Shown: in pieces, positions 23,901-36,955 of the stretch
Layout: each line of letters starts with the position of its first letter
Position numbering within the stretch: position 1 is the first letter of the stretch
From: Catajapyx aquilonaris
Taxonomy: Eukaryota
Reading direction: 5' to 3'
Length of the DNA stretch: 50,822 bases
NCBI GenBank assembly: GCA_000934665.2
Contig: JYFJ02002788.1
Coordinates: 1 to 50,822 of the forward strand
Translations under genes and position numbers: made by a program
Notes under the pieces: model-generated
Told to the model about the DNA's origin: nothing
The model's input: only the letters and a program-made list of their open reading frames with translations
Databases searched by the model: none

Positions 23901-26900
23901 TGAGGAAAACGAAGTTGTGGAGTGGTACAGGCACTCTTGATCGCACCCATTGATTAGCTGATTGATTGACTGAGGAGTGCTCAGACTGGTTGCAACCCCA
24001 GCACTGCTTCTGCGCCCATCTGCAGGTCTTGTATGGTGTGCAGTGGTCCCTTTGCGTGCAGTGCCTGGACTCTTGGTAGTTACTTCCTACTCCATTCCTG
24101 CAAGCCTAATGAAGCAGAATCTTGGTGAAGAATGCTGTTTTCTCTCGATTCAATTGATGAGCCGATCAGTTGTATTGAAAGGGTGCATTTGCCGTAAAAC
24201 AGACGGCCATGTTTGGGGATAGTAACGTACAATATACAACCGTTTTTCTGTAACGGATAAAATTGATGGTCGCGTAGGTGTCGTGTTTTTGTCATTGTCT
24301 AAATCTTGATTTACTGAGGCGCAGCACAATTTCTGACAGGGGTACTTAGAGGCGACGTTTTACATGAGCCTGTCTTCGTCACAGGTCTAAAAACTTGCGC
24401 GACGCGTTTGAGATCTTTCCATGTCTGGCATAATTGGTTCCTTTTCTCATGGTGAAACGGTGGCTGGCTCGTGTGACATTACGGATCGCATATTATGCAG
24501 CCACGCCTTGTCACACTCTTATGTACTTACAGGAGCTCCTCTTAATTGCTGTTCTTGATTGCCTATTGTTTGTGAACACGGGGTGGAAAATGGAGGACTT
24601 TGTCAAGTGAATGCACGCATCCTGGCAACCTGATCCCGAATATTCCTGCGTGGAGTTTATATTGGCAGGGCTAATTGATACTAACATGCTACAGTGTTAC
24701 ATAAGCTATTGCTTGACAAGTAGTTACTGCGACTGAAAACATTACAGCAGAAACTACTTCAAGTGTAGCATGTAGATGTTGATGACCAAAATGGCTGCCT
24801 CTTTTGCTAAGTTAAACGCACGATGAAGCAGTGTCAAGAATGCTGTCTAGTTGCTTATGCAAATAAGTTTCTGTGTGATTGTTCACTTAGTTTTGACAAG
24901 TACACTAAACAGTTACGTATATGTCAAAGGGCTAGGGGTTGGCACTCTGAGATGAGTAATCGAGAGATACAGGAATATGAAGAAGGTGCCGTAGAAGCGG
25001 TCTGTGTGCAACTCCATTTAGGGGAAAGATTTTTATTATACCTGAATGGGCTCACCAGGGATCGGGCCAACCTGGCAGGAAATATTATACGTTGTGGTAA
25101 GGCAATAATAAAGAGAGGCCGGAACGCAACCCATGAATTACAATAACTAGTTTTAGATTGGCATGTTCGGTAGAACAATGTTGAACTTACATGAACGCTT
25201 GGTGTATTCCGTGACTTTCGTGATGAAATCATTCAGGGTGGAATAAATTCTGTTCTGGAATTTTTTTGAAGGTTCCTTCCCTTTTACAGATCCCTCAGGT
25301 GCAATCCCAGGTGTAAAAAGTCCCGCCATTTTTTTTAAATCGCACTTTTTACAATAATATTCGCAAAGTAACATTCCCTGTAAACTGCAGATGGCTGACA
25401 GTCACGAGATTAAAAACGGACAAAAATTTCTTGAAAATCAGGAAATTCTCTTGCCCACACCCTAGCAACACAGGTTTGGCGACAAGCTGTGAATATTTCT
25501 CCTCAAATCTCCTCATGACCAACCTGGGTGTGCGTGCAAAATTCATATTTTATATCCCAGTGTGAGCGTGTTGACCCAACGGGGTAGGTCAGGCCGAACC
25601 TCAACCGTCCTGGGACATCGTCTCGAGACCTACTTATCTTGGAAAGGACCCCCGTTAAAGCCGTTTTCTGCTCCTATGAAGTCCCTGAGAAAAAGTCAAG
25701 ACGCCGTGAAATTTATGCCGTCTGTCTCATCCTAAAACCAGATCGCCTCAGGTCATCCATTCCAGTCGCGCGGGAACTAGGACTCATCATTGCCCATTTC
25801 GAACATGCCGTTTATTACCATCTTCCTCCTGTCTTTTTGCCACCATGGGCCAGAAAGTACCGGTAAAGGAGAGCGCCCTTTTTCCCATTGACACTAGACA
25901 AGGAAGAGAGACTATACTAGGGTTGTTTGTAGGTTGGAATGTGGCTAGAGCAGCAGAGATGCAGGTGACCTGTTCTGAATGTCAAATGAGCCGCGCCTTA
26001 GGAGTCGCACATGTGAAATCAGATCCGATGCGCTTATTCACGCCAGGACGCCTATTAGGCTGGATCACCCTGTACTGTACCTACGATTGCCTAAATAAAT
26101 GTCTACACTTTAATTTACAGCCTATGTCGATACTATCTGAAGGGTCGTTGACTCGGTGCTCAATAAATTATTGTGATTACTATAAAAGTGCTGGAGAGTG
26201 GAGTTAAGTGAAAATGAGCATCAGCTAATAAGTACACCGGTTTATGTTGCACCCGGTCATTTATACTCCTGATGTTAGGCTTTTAGCAGTGGCCCAGTGG
26301 CAATGAGGACCGCATATTTGAGAATTGACGAACCCTTGTTATTATAACGGGCTGCCGGATTACTACTGTACTAGGCAGGTTTTGTAATAGTATATTTTAC
26401 AAAGCTCTTCAACCTATTTAATAAGTTTTGCATTACGCTTCGGTAGGTTTAGCCATGACTTCAGCGCACGACTTGTTTGTGGTTAGTGCGCAGGACAGAA
26501 AACATAACTAAAAACTGGTTATTTTTGTTTTTGTAAATGCGATCAGACACATATCAGTCACGATTTTTGTCTACATGTTTGATTTTTAATTTGAGAGTCA
26601 TATTCTTTTCCTGGGATTAAAGAACGGTAATTAGATATTTTTGTTGTACTAGCAATTAATAAAAATCAAACGTGTCAAAGCACTGCAGTCCTAGATATTA
26701 AATGTAGCTTTAATACCTATGTTACCTTTTATATCCTTTGGTTACGAATATTTTTGTTACTCTTCATCTTGGACTACTTCGTGTAACACCTACTCCACAA
26801 AGAGTCACGCAGACCTTGATTAATGCTGATCTAATTACCTTTCTAGACACTTAAATTAGATCATGATCAAAACTTGAGAAATGGGTCTTCTTTAATTTTG

Positions 26901-27564
26901 CTGCCGCCTTATAGCTGATGGCTAGCCCTTATAATATGACGGACTGATGACTCTAGACATTAAGTGGCCATTTTGAACCAATCACGTCAAGGTAACTCCA
27001 GCGACACCTGAGAAGTGTAGGTAGGTGTCCCCCAGGGGCCCAATCAACCCTTTGATGATGATCACGGTAGGTGGTCTGGGATCCCCCGATAGAGACGCGT
27101 TTTGTTGGACAGAAGAACCTGGCTTCGCATGTTAGGGTATAATAAGATTCCCACACAAGGTGAGCGGATTCCGGTTTTTGACGCTTGATTTAATCTGTTT
27201 CCAATTATTGTTCATTTTGCTGCCAAGTGTACCAATAATTATTCATGGTAATGTACAAGTGGGAAAGTCTTGGCGTTTGAGGTGCTTGAAGTGCTTAGCG
27301 TTTCGACAGTTTAATTCATTGTCGTATTCAGATGTGTGGAATGGGACAGGTGAGCGTAGTCTGTGTCATTTTGGAGGATTCTTCGAAGTTTGGACAAAGT
27401 ACAAAAACAATTAAATATTCAGGGTCAAAATGCCATTCAAAATGAGCACTATTTTTATTAATCATTCTGAGTGCAGGTTGTATGAAATCATAGAAAATCG
27501 CCCATTTTGTGTATGAGAATCCACAATGCATAATCCGATTTAATTGGAGATTTTTAAACAATTA

Positions 27565-27868
27565 AAGTGTACTCCCGATTATCCGGGATAATGGTTGCAC
27601 GGGTGTCGCCGGATAATCGGGAAATTGTCCGTAAAATGAGTTATTAACAGGTTTTTATATGAACGACTGTAGTCTACATACGGTACTGTATTTTGCTTTA
27701 AAATAAGGTTTAATCAAAATTAGAAAAATATTCGTGGATTTTTAGTTTGATTTCAGGAAAAAGTCGCACATTTCGTTGTTTGCGAAAAATATTACATTTT
27801 TTGGGTATTTTTTCTTTGTTTTGGCCATGTACGCATAATCCGAAACACGGATAATCGGGAGTATACAG
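27565..27868. mobile_element. Tc1/mariner-superfamily (pogo/Tigger-like) MITE
   Basis: Terminal inverted repeats TGTACTCCCGATTATCCG (27568) and CGGATAATCGGGAGTATA (27848-27865), with extra subterminal CGGATAAT motifs and an AT-rich non-coding interior. The termini are slightly decayed. Confidence 0.7.
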
Positions 27869-30859
27869 TGTAATTTGAGTTTATGCAACTGACCCTGAGT
27901 ATAATTATATAGAAGAAAATAAGTGAAATTCAACCAAGTTAGAATGAATTGTCACTCAAATCTGCAATAAAACTGGTTACTCAAATAATGAAAACTACTC
28001 TTACAGAAAAACTTGGGATAAGGACTGGTTTTATGAATACAAATCAAGGGAGAAATATCCCATTATGCATTGTGAAGTCCTTACACTTTAACTGAGTATT
28101 TCCTTCATTTGTGTTGACAACTGGACCTCATGTCCACACAAATATTTTTAAAGTGCACAATTGTAGGTGCCACGGTGAGATATACCTGTCGTACTTTTTT
28201 GTTACTGTTTCTTTGGGAGTGTGCACAGGCTTTTTCAATATTCCCGTATCGCCGTGGCACGTACCGATATGCATAGCAGATATTCTTACCTGTGGTTTTG
28301 TAATATTCCCAGACGAGTGAACCGCTGTGTGTGTGTGAAACCGCGTCGACAGCCAGCACCCGACCTGTTTCTAATGATTTTGCGGCTTTGCCGAAAAACC
28401 GCGTGACAGGTCCTGGCGACAAAGTTTACGGTCCATTTTTGCTCCGACGGAAATGTGTAATTGATAAGTACAGCACATTGCAGAACCTAGGAGCAGTGAC
28501 GGATTTTGCAAGTTTAAAATTTTAATTACAATTTTTTGTTGATACATACTAAAAGTCCACAAGGTATACGACTCTTATTGTTCATATATGCACATTTGGC
28601 TTTTTGTACTGTACGTACAGGAAATTTGACACCTAAGAAGTAGGCATACACCCCGCTTTCAGTATTGAATCAAAGTGGTTTATTTGTAATTATGTAAGTG
28701 TGTTCATAATTATCGCGTGGGTACTAACAATTGACGAAGTGCTGGGATTTTTCTGCGGGAAACTGCTCCATAGCCGGACTATATAGAGTGACGGCAGATT
28801 AGGTGCCGTTGTATGACCTTTCTCAGGAAAGCTGCTGGATGCTGGTAAAGTTACCCAGGGTGTGACATGAAGCTGCTACTACATCCAACGGCTCCTTAAC
28901 CACAAGATCAGTCCCCAATTATGTTCAACACAATCCATCTTATGGACTAATAAAAGGCACAACCAGAACTTACATGGTGTTCGGAGGAGTCTTGGAAGGC
29001 AGTGGAGAGGATGCACTTGTCTTCCTCCGACGTCATCTGGGCGACTCTCTTCTGAGTTCCATCACAAATCCGGAACAACAACCACCGCTCAACTCCAAGT
29101 CATCCCCAAAAAAATCCAAATCACTTTCACTACATGTCCCACATTGCCTCTGGAGGTGTTCCGGCAATGTCCCTCCAGGAGACAAGGAGGAACGTTCCTC
29201 CCGCTGTGCACCAGAGCAGCTGAGTGGAGGTTGCTAGTAGGGGCGACTGTACCCTTTGCTGCCTTGTGTGGTTGGTCGACCAGTCGGCTGCTTGGTTGGC
29301 TGGCTCCCTGCCTGTCCAGAATGAGCCAACCAGCCCTTCCTCCACTTACCAACTCTTCTACTTCATCTGGGCCCCTCTGATGCAACTGGAGTAACGGGAC
29401 GTGCACAACCTCCACCCACTACAACATACGTCCTTGCCGTCCGCAAATGTCTCCATTCCTGGGTCATCTCTGACCACTACCAGAATCGGACAGGAACCCA
29501 TATTAATTATTATTGAAGAATTGCAAACGAGTAGGGGGAAGTGACTTACGATCCTTACCCTGTGAAACAATATGCCTATTGTTGGCTGCTGACTCTCTTC
29601 CTGGGAGCACAAATGGACTTCCTCGGGCGCTAATTAGTGGCGCCGGCATTCCTCAGACTCCCATTCCATTCCCATACTGATGCCATTCATCAGGACGACG
29701 GCCTCCTTGCTAATTTTTTTTGTGGCATATCAATGCAGTAGATCTGCTCATGACCACACCGTGTCTACATTTGTCTTTACGCACACTGGCACACACGGTG
29801 GCCAAGTCCAGCCCATGAGTAAGCTACCTGATTATCAGAAGAGGCTGTAAAACCTGCTTTTCATAGCATAATTTTATAATGTGAAATTCTGGCACCTACA
29901 ATGGAAATCGGGACTGGCTGGAACACCCTGTATTTTTTTTACCATGCCTGTTTCTCCATTCCGGCTCGTCATCTTTCATCCTGTACGTCCTCTTGGCTTC
30001 CAGTAACCTCTGTCCACTTTCATTATGGCTCGTACCGTAGGGGGGAAGCAGTGGGAAAAAACTGTAGCCTAATAAGACTTGGCCATTTTTTTTTTTTGAG
30101 CCCGTCACATGAGAAAACTTGCTTCATGAAGCGGAATGAAGTGCGAGCACACTTTTCTTCCAGGACGTCTACTAAGCACGAGCCGGCTAATTAGCGCAAA
30201 TTAAAAATTGCCCATTCCGAGTGGGAAAGAGATTTGTAAAATCTGAAAAATTTTCAGTCATCTAACACGAACCTTGACCAGCACCGGTGAATTTCATTTT
30301 TTTTTCTATCTAAAATGGGTGGAGAGATGATTACAGGTCATACAATGACCTGTGATTTGTGGTACTACTGGTACCGTACTTAAAATAGTTGCGCAATTGA
30401 AGTAAAGTATATGGCGTAAAATTCGGGACAAAATGCATGTCATTAGCGAATATTAAGTCTTGAATAGGGACACGATTGAAAGGCGGTACATTCATTTCGA
30501 TGAAAGAACAGGTCCCAGGGATATGTAATTCTTCGCGTAGATGGGACAAGTTTCTATTACGTGACAAATAGAATTTTGAGACACCTTAATTATAAGCATT
30601 AGGACGGATATTCCACACCCTTTACTTGTTTGATATCCCCGCGAAAAGGAGTGGTGGTCTGATGTGAGACCATTGAAGATGACCAATTGGTCAGATAAGA
30701 CTGTCCACTACAACGCTTACGTGAACTTGAAACCAAAACTTCACCCTTTGTGCGGTTTATTCGTCCAGTCTGGTTAAAAATTATAAAGTTTAATGAGTAT
30801 ATGACAAAAATGTCTGCAGTACCCCCCAGACAAACCCCCAGGTGAGGTTGATACATGAT

Positions 30860-32373
30860 TTATGGGTAGCCTACAATCACTAGAGATGCTATTAATAATA
30901 TAACGACTGGATGAATCGGGTATATGGTAGTGCTAGCTTCACTTCTTCCCACGATAGTTCCGTTCTCTATTCTGGCATCGGATCTCATGCAGAGTCCAGG
31001 GTACATATCGGAGCACACATGGTTACTTGGACATGCCGAGCATGCTTTCCCCACCTGTTATTTGGGAAGAAATATTATATCACTAGGGGAAGGCCCTCAA
31101 CCATAGGGTATACTACCAAAGAACGATCTGACGTCACACCAGCCGTGTTTTTCCGGGCATGCGCAATAGTGTTCTTACAGAGCGATTCGGGGACAGCCGC
31201 TAAACGTGTCGTCATATCGTTCTTTGGTTTCACGGATGGTATAAAGTGATACAGTAGTAACACTTACCGTGTAGAGAGACTTTCCTGCGACAGCTCCAGC
31301 CGGGCCGTAGTTGCAAACAAAGTGCGAGGCGTAATGGTCTTCACGATTATCTCTGATAAATCCACATCCCATTACTCGCGTTTCTCCAGCTATTATGTTA
31401 GCGAACCAAACGACTTTATCATCTGCCCCGCTTCTACACACAATGACGAAACGAAACGGCAAATAGTCCTTGCACAACTGACACCCACAGTAAGCTATAT
31501 ACTCACGGGAATCTTTTGACATAAGATGAGGAAAATTTGTCACTTTTCCTTCCGATGTACATGTTAATTACGTAATCACCCCAGTCTCGATTGGGGTCTT
31601 GCATTTGCTTCTGGGAGTGCAGAATTTGACCTACTGTGAAGGATTCTGTGGCATGCAGAAAAAGTTATCAGTGATTGGAGGATCACTTGTGATGGCCTGC
31701 CTAATATTTTAAAAAATCTCAAGATAGCCTATAAAAATGATTCGAATACTTACTAGTATCTCTCTTTACATCTTTTTCTGTCGGGCATTGGTCCGCCCAC
31801 CTTTGAGCTATCGCAGCAAGTTCCGAATCCCATTCCTGTGAAAAGACATAAGAGAATATTAAAATATCACAGGAAAATTTGGCCGGGAAGCATTTAATCA
31901 GATATCATAACACTGGACCTGTTTCTCAATCTACTATTAATAAGTTGTTAGTGATTATTTATATCCCAAATGTGTGCACATGTGGGATGCCCAATTAGGC
32001 GGATTATTGTCAAAAATGACCTATTGTAATGAGTGTACCAATATGTTCATGTTGGCTGCTGACGGAAGTGCCCCGTCTTGACATTGCACCTCTCCGTTGG
32101 CCACTTGACTGCGATACGTGTTGTGCATATTGACAAGTACCTGGGCATCCTTTTTCAGAAGACCTCGTTGATCAGGTAATTGACAAGCATCGCCCATTCC
32201 CTATAGGATAAACCAACGAGAGAGAAATCATTCCAAAGTCAGGAATCGCAGTGTGCATGGCCTACCTTGTACCGGCACATTGTGTGTGACTTGTCCATAG
32301 AGCAGTATTTATTATCAGCCACCCCCATCTCAACAAATGAGAGCAGGAGGACTATGCAACAGCTCAATCTCAT
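30860..32373 (-). CDS. CAP/SCP superfamily protein (venom allergen 5 / antigen 5-like), signal peptide plus hydrophobic C-terminal tail, 283 aa
   Basis: Exons 32373-32266, 32200-32039, 31835-31754, 31645-31507, 31433-31268 and 31054-30860 are all GT-AG with phases 0,0,1,2,0, giving 852 nt open. Motifs: signal peptide MRLSCCIVLLLSFVEMGVA, YC...HTMC, HNTYRSQVANG...LPSAANM, EWDSELAAIAQRWADQC, FTVGQ, MGCG, FVCNYGPAG and GKACSACP...C...GLC. Confidence 0.92.
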
Positions 32374-32739
32374 GACCACAATAGGATGGTGAGAGGCTCT
32401 CCAGGGCAATCGGACATATCTCGATGTGGTCAGTAAAGGGACTCTTCTCTTCTCCAACAATGCCACCACATTTATATTCTCCAAGCAACGCAACTTGAGA
32501 CACGGTTGCCAACAGATCATAATAATATCCCGATTGAATCAACAGGAGGCAGGAGACGACACGACTTTACACGGTAGCCGAAGACTTCCTACCCGACATA
32601 ATGACTGCAAGCAGGCTGACCACGTACTCACTTCCGCCCAATTTCAAACGTGTTTCCTTCCGGAACGCCATTCATTTGGGAACGCTCCACAGACATCGAC
32701 TCTTGACAACCTCCCTAGCAACCAGGACACTACACTGTA

Positions 32740-32822
<83 letters not shown>
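32740..32822. repeat. (ATT)n microsatellite, about 27 units
   Basis: Uninterrupted ATT/TAT run about 370 bp upstream of the CAP gene ATG. Confidence 0.98.
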
Positions 32823-32823
<1 letters not shown>

Positions 32824-35065
32824 AGGGTGTTTGGATACACTGATGACCTGAAGCACGATTTGGAAGATATCCAGAGAATACCGTATTGGAGTGGGTGTGT
32901 CAGGAGTGGGTTGGGTCGTAGGCGAATAAGCCGATAAAAGAGTACAAGAATGAGGCGATGCAGGAAGTAGCCCTCGGAGGTTTGTGGGCCGCCCCCGAGG
33001 ACAGTGACTGACAGTGCTGACAGAGCAGAGTGGCTGGCGATGTTGATGCCAGGAACTTATCGTAATTGCTAGGGAGAGGCCACACCGTATGCAAAAAGGC
33101 TTAACTCAAGAAGGCATCAGTGGATGAATCGCCCATCTTTGTCCACTTCATGCTTCCGGACCCCTACGACTTCCTTTTCCTCTAATCTTCCCTCAGCTCT
33201 CATTATTACTAGGGGACCCTTATTATTACTGCGTACCGTTCGTTGGATGCCGCGCCTACTTCCGCCGGAAAATATTTTGGAACGACTAACTCTTCCTGCA
33301 CCATAAAGCACACGTGTCGTGATGTTCAGCCGTTATTGGATGTCTTGTACTTTAAAAAAAAATAAAATAAAGATCACGCCAAGAAACAAGTCAAACAAAG
33401 GTTGTTCACATGTTGTATCTCACATTGTGCCAGTATGTGCGTGGGTGGTGTGTGTACAAAGTGCACGTCGACATGCCATGATGGATGAATCTATTGGACT
33501 CCTTGTCATTGTATACAAATGAAAGCCACCAAGCATGCAAAATGTTTCTTTTCTTTCACTCTCCCTCGGAAAGAAATTGAACATAATGGCAGGTACCCCA
33601 TGCTAATGAGCAGAATTCCTCGCACGGTCGATTTGGCGAACTGGCGGAAATGACGCAGGTCTTGTGGTTAAGGCAGACCTCACATTCGTTACATTGATGG
33701 AAAAAAAAAGAAGTCGGAAAGAATAAGCGTGCGCAAGTGTACCACCGATGGGAAAAGGGTGAATATTCGTGCAGGAAGCAGGAATTGCACTCTTCAGGTC
33801 CCGTTGACCCCCCCATATACACTAAGGTATGCTCAGATTCCTCTGTTGGCGCACCTGTACTGTGCGTTTCCCATCCACACTAAGCAGGCTACGGGACCGT
33901 CGCCTTTTGAACCGGAAGAATCGGAAGAATGGGTGGGTGATGGAAGGAAGGAACACACACATATCGGCTCCAGTTGTAGTGTACCGTATGAGTTTCTTCT
34001 CCTCTTCACTGCCCATTATGCCAGTGTGAATCTTTCGGTACCGGTATTGTCATGGTGTTGTACTCTACTTGCTTACGTGCCGCTATGTCATTCAGTCATT
34101 AACCACTGTTACATCGCCACTATTCATATTGGTACAGACCCAATTAGAGGGGGTTTGTAATGGCGTGAAGGTCGACCAGGATGGTGTTGTTGGCTACCAG
34201 GTCACATCTTCCGGTGAAAAATCCTTGCATCTTCATCTGGGTGTAGGGTAGTTAACTGCTGTAATAATGTCGGAGTAAATTTTCCGCCCGATTTATAAAT
34301 GGCCTGTCAGTAGCATTGTTGCCATCTGCTTCTCAGTCAGATAGCATCGGCCCTGGACATGAGGGATGTTAGATGCGACCTTGAATGATTATTCTTATCC
34401 GGAAGTACCGTTACTTGATCGGATTTTTTGTTGTACATCTGTGTACAGCATAAGAGTAATGTGGGGACAAAGGGACACTGCCACTCTCTACTGTAGTTCC
34501 ATATGAAAAAATGTTTGGAAAAAGAAGCAGAAGAAGAACCTATATTTAAATGAGCAATTGCTATTAAAATGGAGTCATCTTAAGCTGTTGGCCTATCTTA
34601 GTGGTTCTTTACGAATAGTGAGCAAAGTGGACGAGTTCTTTGTTGCCTGGCTGGCTGATTAAGACACCTTCCGTGCATTCCGCACGTAGTAATTTGCCAA
34701 GAGAATGTCATTAATGACTGCCAAAGGAATGAAATCATGTTGCTCTGAGAATTCACGCCTTTCTTCGGCTATAATATATTGTGGCTGGGCGGCCATCTGC
34801 ACGTTTTACACGCGAGCGTTAAATACGTAAGGCAGCACAAGATTAATCAACCTGGAAGGTATATAATTCTTCAGCATCTCGCAATGAGATTCGTGGTTTG
34901 ATAACACATGGCTTCAATTATATCTCGGATGCTCTTTTTTGTGCAACCGCTATTATAGCTATATGTTTCGAAGACTGTTACATTTACTGTCAATCAATTT
35001 CGGTCAACACTATCAATATTCGACTTTGGGAAACAATGCATAATGTGTATAATGAATGAAAGTTA

Positions 35066-35582
35066 TGTAGTGAGAGAGAAAAGACAATGCAGTCCTGTAT
35101 CGACGGTCACGAGGAAGCAAGTGATCCCAGGCTCCAAAGTGAGTCAAGTCATATAGGGCAGATACAGCCCTGGGAACCAGCTGATATGACCAACTCGCGA
35201 GGGTGGTATAAAAGAAGATAAAAAGGGTACGAAACAGAGAGATAGAGCTGACATTCGAGAGACGAGGATGGTCCGACAGAGGAGAAGCAAGATGGACGGA
35301 GAGACGGACGGAACTCCATACAGAAGACGGCCACCAGCAATTACGTGAGTGAGAGTACGTGTGAGTGGGGATTCAGACTAATTTAAGTCGATGTACTAGG
35401 AACCATAGTGTCCTGCAATTACCGCCTTTCTTTACTAGTTTACAACAACTAATAATTCCGCACTCCAAGTTATATTCATTTCCACCATATACCCAGAAGT
35501 GCCCCTAACCCATTCCAGGGTTCGGCACCTTACTTACTTCTCCCAGAATAAAGAGTCATACCCATTATTATCAACCGTTACA
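35066..35582 (+). mobile_element. LTR-like repeat, copy 1 (putative solo LTR)
   Basis: TATAAAAG near 35207, AATAAA near 35547 and an end reading ...CAACCGTTACA. The segment 35300-35582 is repeated at 36955-37254 and both copies end at the same CA. The TGTAG start at 35066 is tentative and no TSD was found. Confidence 0.6.
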
Positions 35583-35727
35583 AAATTTAAAGTCTTAAAA
35601 CGTATCTAAATTCACAGTTGTTAGACTCCAAGAACACTCAGTATCACATTTGAGGCAATGGATAGTCCTGTTTTTGTGCATTTGCAGCCGCAGAAGACAA
35701 ATCTAAGAATATAACATATAGCGATAA

Positions 35728-36071
35728 GGGGAGGTGTGGTGGCCGTGATGGTAACGTCACGGCTTGCTGTGTGAAAGGCCCCAGGTTCGATCCCCGCCTG
35801 GGGAACTTTCCTTTCACCTGCGTCGGGAGGGTCTCTGACCTGCACCAAGGAGGTGTCTGGCAACCTAACCTCCTGGGGAACAGCACATGACCCGTTTGCA
35901 GACGTGCACCTTGCACCCATGTTCCCTCCCCAAAAATCCCCTATCCCTTCCCCATGTCCTTTCATCCTTGCACCGGAGTGAAGAAGAAAAAATAGAAAAT
36001 TGAAGAAAATGGTGGTAGCCCACCCCCCTATAAGGACCCATGGCCCTAGCACGGGGTAACGTAAAAAAAAA
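35728..36071 (+). mobile_element. Full-length tRNA-derived SINE
   Basis: A box TGGCCGTGATGG, B box GGTTCGATCC and a 3' poly(A). An exact 15-bp TSD, AACATATAGCGATAA, lies at 35713-35727 and 36072-36086. Confidence 0.93.
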
Positions 36072-36480
36072 AACATATAGCGATAACATTCAAGTAACTT
36101 TGAGATAATATTCGAGTTATCATGACACCAGCCATGACAGTAATATCAAAAGAGTCTATGTTGCCTAATCCTTGATTATACCAACCAACAGACACGAAAT
36201 TGGCCTGTGACCTTGCTGCCATGACATAGGTTTCATGTTCAACCCTTTAAAAAATATAGAGACACACAATCATAATAGTGTTGGATGCTGAGACCCCGAT
36301 TTGAGAGTAATGTTGGCATTGTAATGTCACATTGGAATTGAATTAAATTAATTAGATTGTCATTACTTTAAAAGAAAATACCCCACTAATATGCATACCC
36401 GATCAGTATAAAAATGGTGCAGGCAAGTGAAGGTGATATATATTACAGTGTGACATGTGCAAAAGGACATTACTGGTCGT

Positions 36481-36955
36481 TTATCTGGGTCTAATATTCA
36501 TGGCTACTATTTTCAGATAGAAAAACCATCCCTTCCAGAGTTTCCAGTAGACACCTAGACCGGATTGGTCGGTCTTTCCATTGAGATAAACTCCGTTCAG
36601 ATTGGAGAGGAGGCATGCCTCGTACCACCAACCACCCTTGCTGAGCTTCTCTGCGCAGTTTACTCCATCCCAACCATCGCTGTCCGGGTGGAAAGGTCGC
36701 TGGACAGTCCGTAGATGTTGTCCAGACCCAGCCAGAACTTCCCTTCCAGATCACCAAACCCTCTCTTGTAATCTTTCCATCCTCCGTTGAAGTCCACGTG
36801 AGGCTCGATGTCCTCTCTTCTTTGTATAACCGTCCACCCTCCTCCATCCGTGATCACGTCGCAATACACCTTGACATTGTGTCCAGAGATGGTCACGGAA
36901 TACACGCCAGAAGAGATGTGCCCTCGTTTCTGAAGGTCCTGGCAACTAGACGGAA
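36481..36955 (-). pseudogene. Fibrinogen-related domain (FReD/FBG; ficolin/techylectin-like) pseudogene
   Basis: Frame 1 reads PSSCQDL...SGVY...VYCDVITDGGGWTVIQRR...DFNGGWKDYKRGFGDLEGKFWLGLDNIY. After a frameshift near 36690-36710 a second frame reads NCAEKLSKGGWWYEACLLSNLNGVY...GVYWKLWKGWFFYLKIVAMNIRPR* (stop 36483-36481). The central part of the domain is missing and the 5' end abuts an LTR-like repeat. Confidence 0.9.

Noticed and set aside
24823..25146. Possible LINE endonuclease remnant (EAVCVQLHL)
   Set aside because: The resemblance is vague, and the diagnostic YRPP, GDFN and SDH motifs are absent.
2130..26960. Hammerhead ribozyme cores at CTGATGA motifs (about 2130, 23279, 26944)
   Set aside because: None has a stem II followed by GAAA together with pairing stems I and III.
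32426..32856. Poly-Ile and poly-Leu ORFs
   Set aside because: They are translations of the (ATT)n microsatellite.
33300..34250. Additional small exons upstream of the CAP gene
   Set aside because: Some splice-like signals are present, but every joining I tried hit stops and gave no recognisable protein.
35728..35805. Functional tRNA gene
   Set aside because: The acceptor and anticodon stems do not pair properly, and the sequence continues into a SINE body with poly(A) and a TSD.
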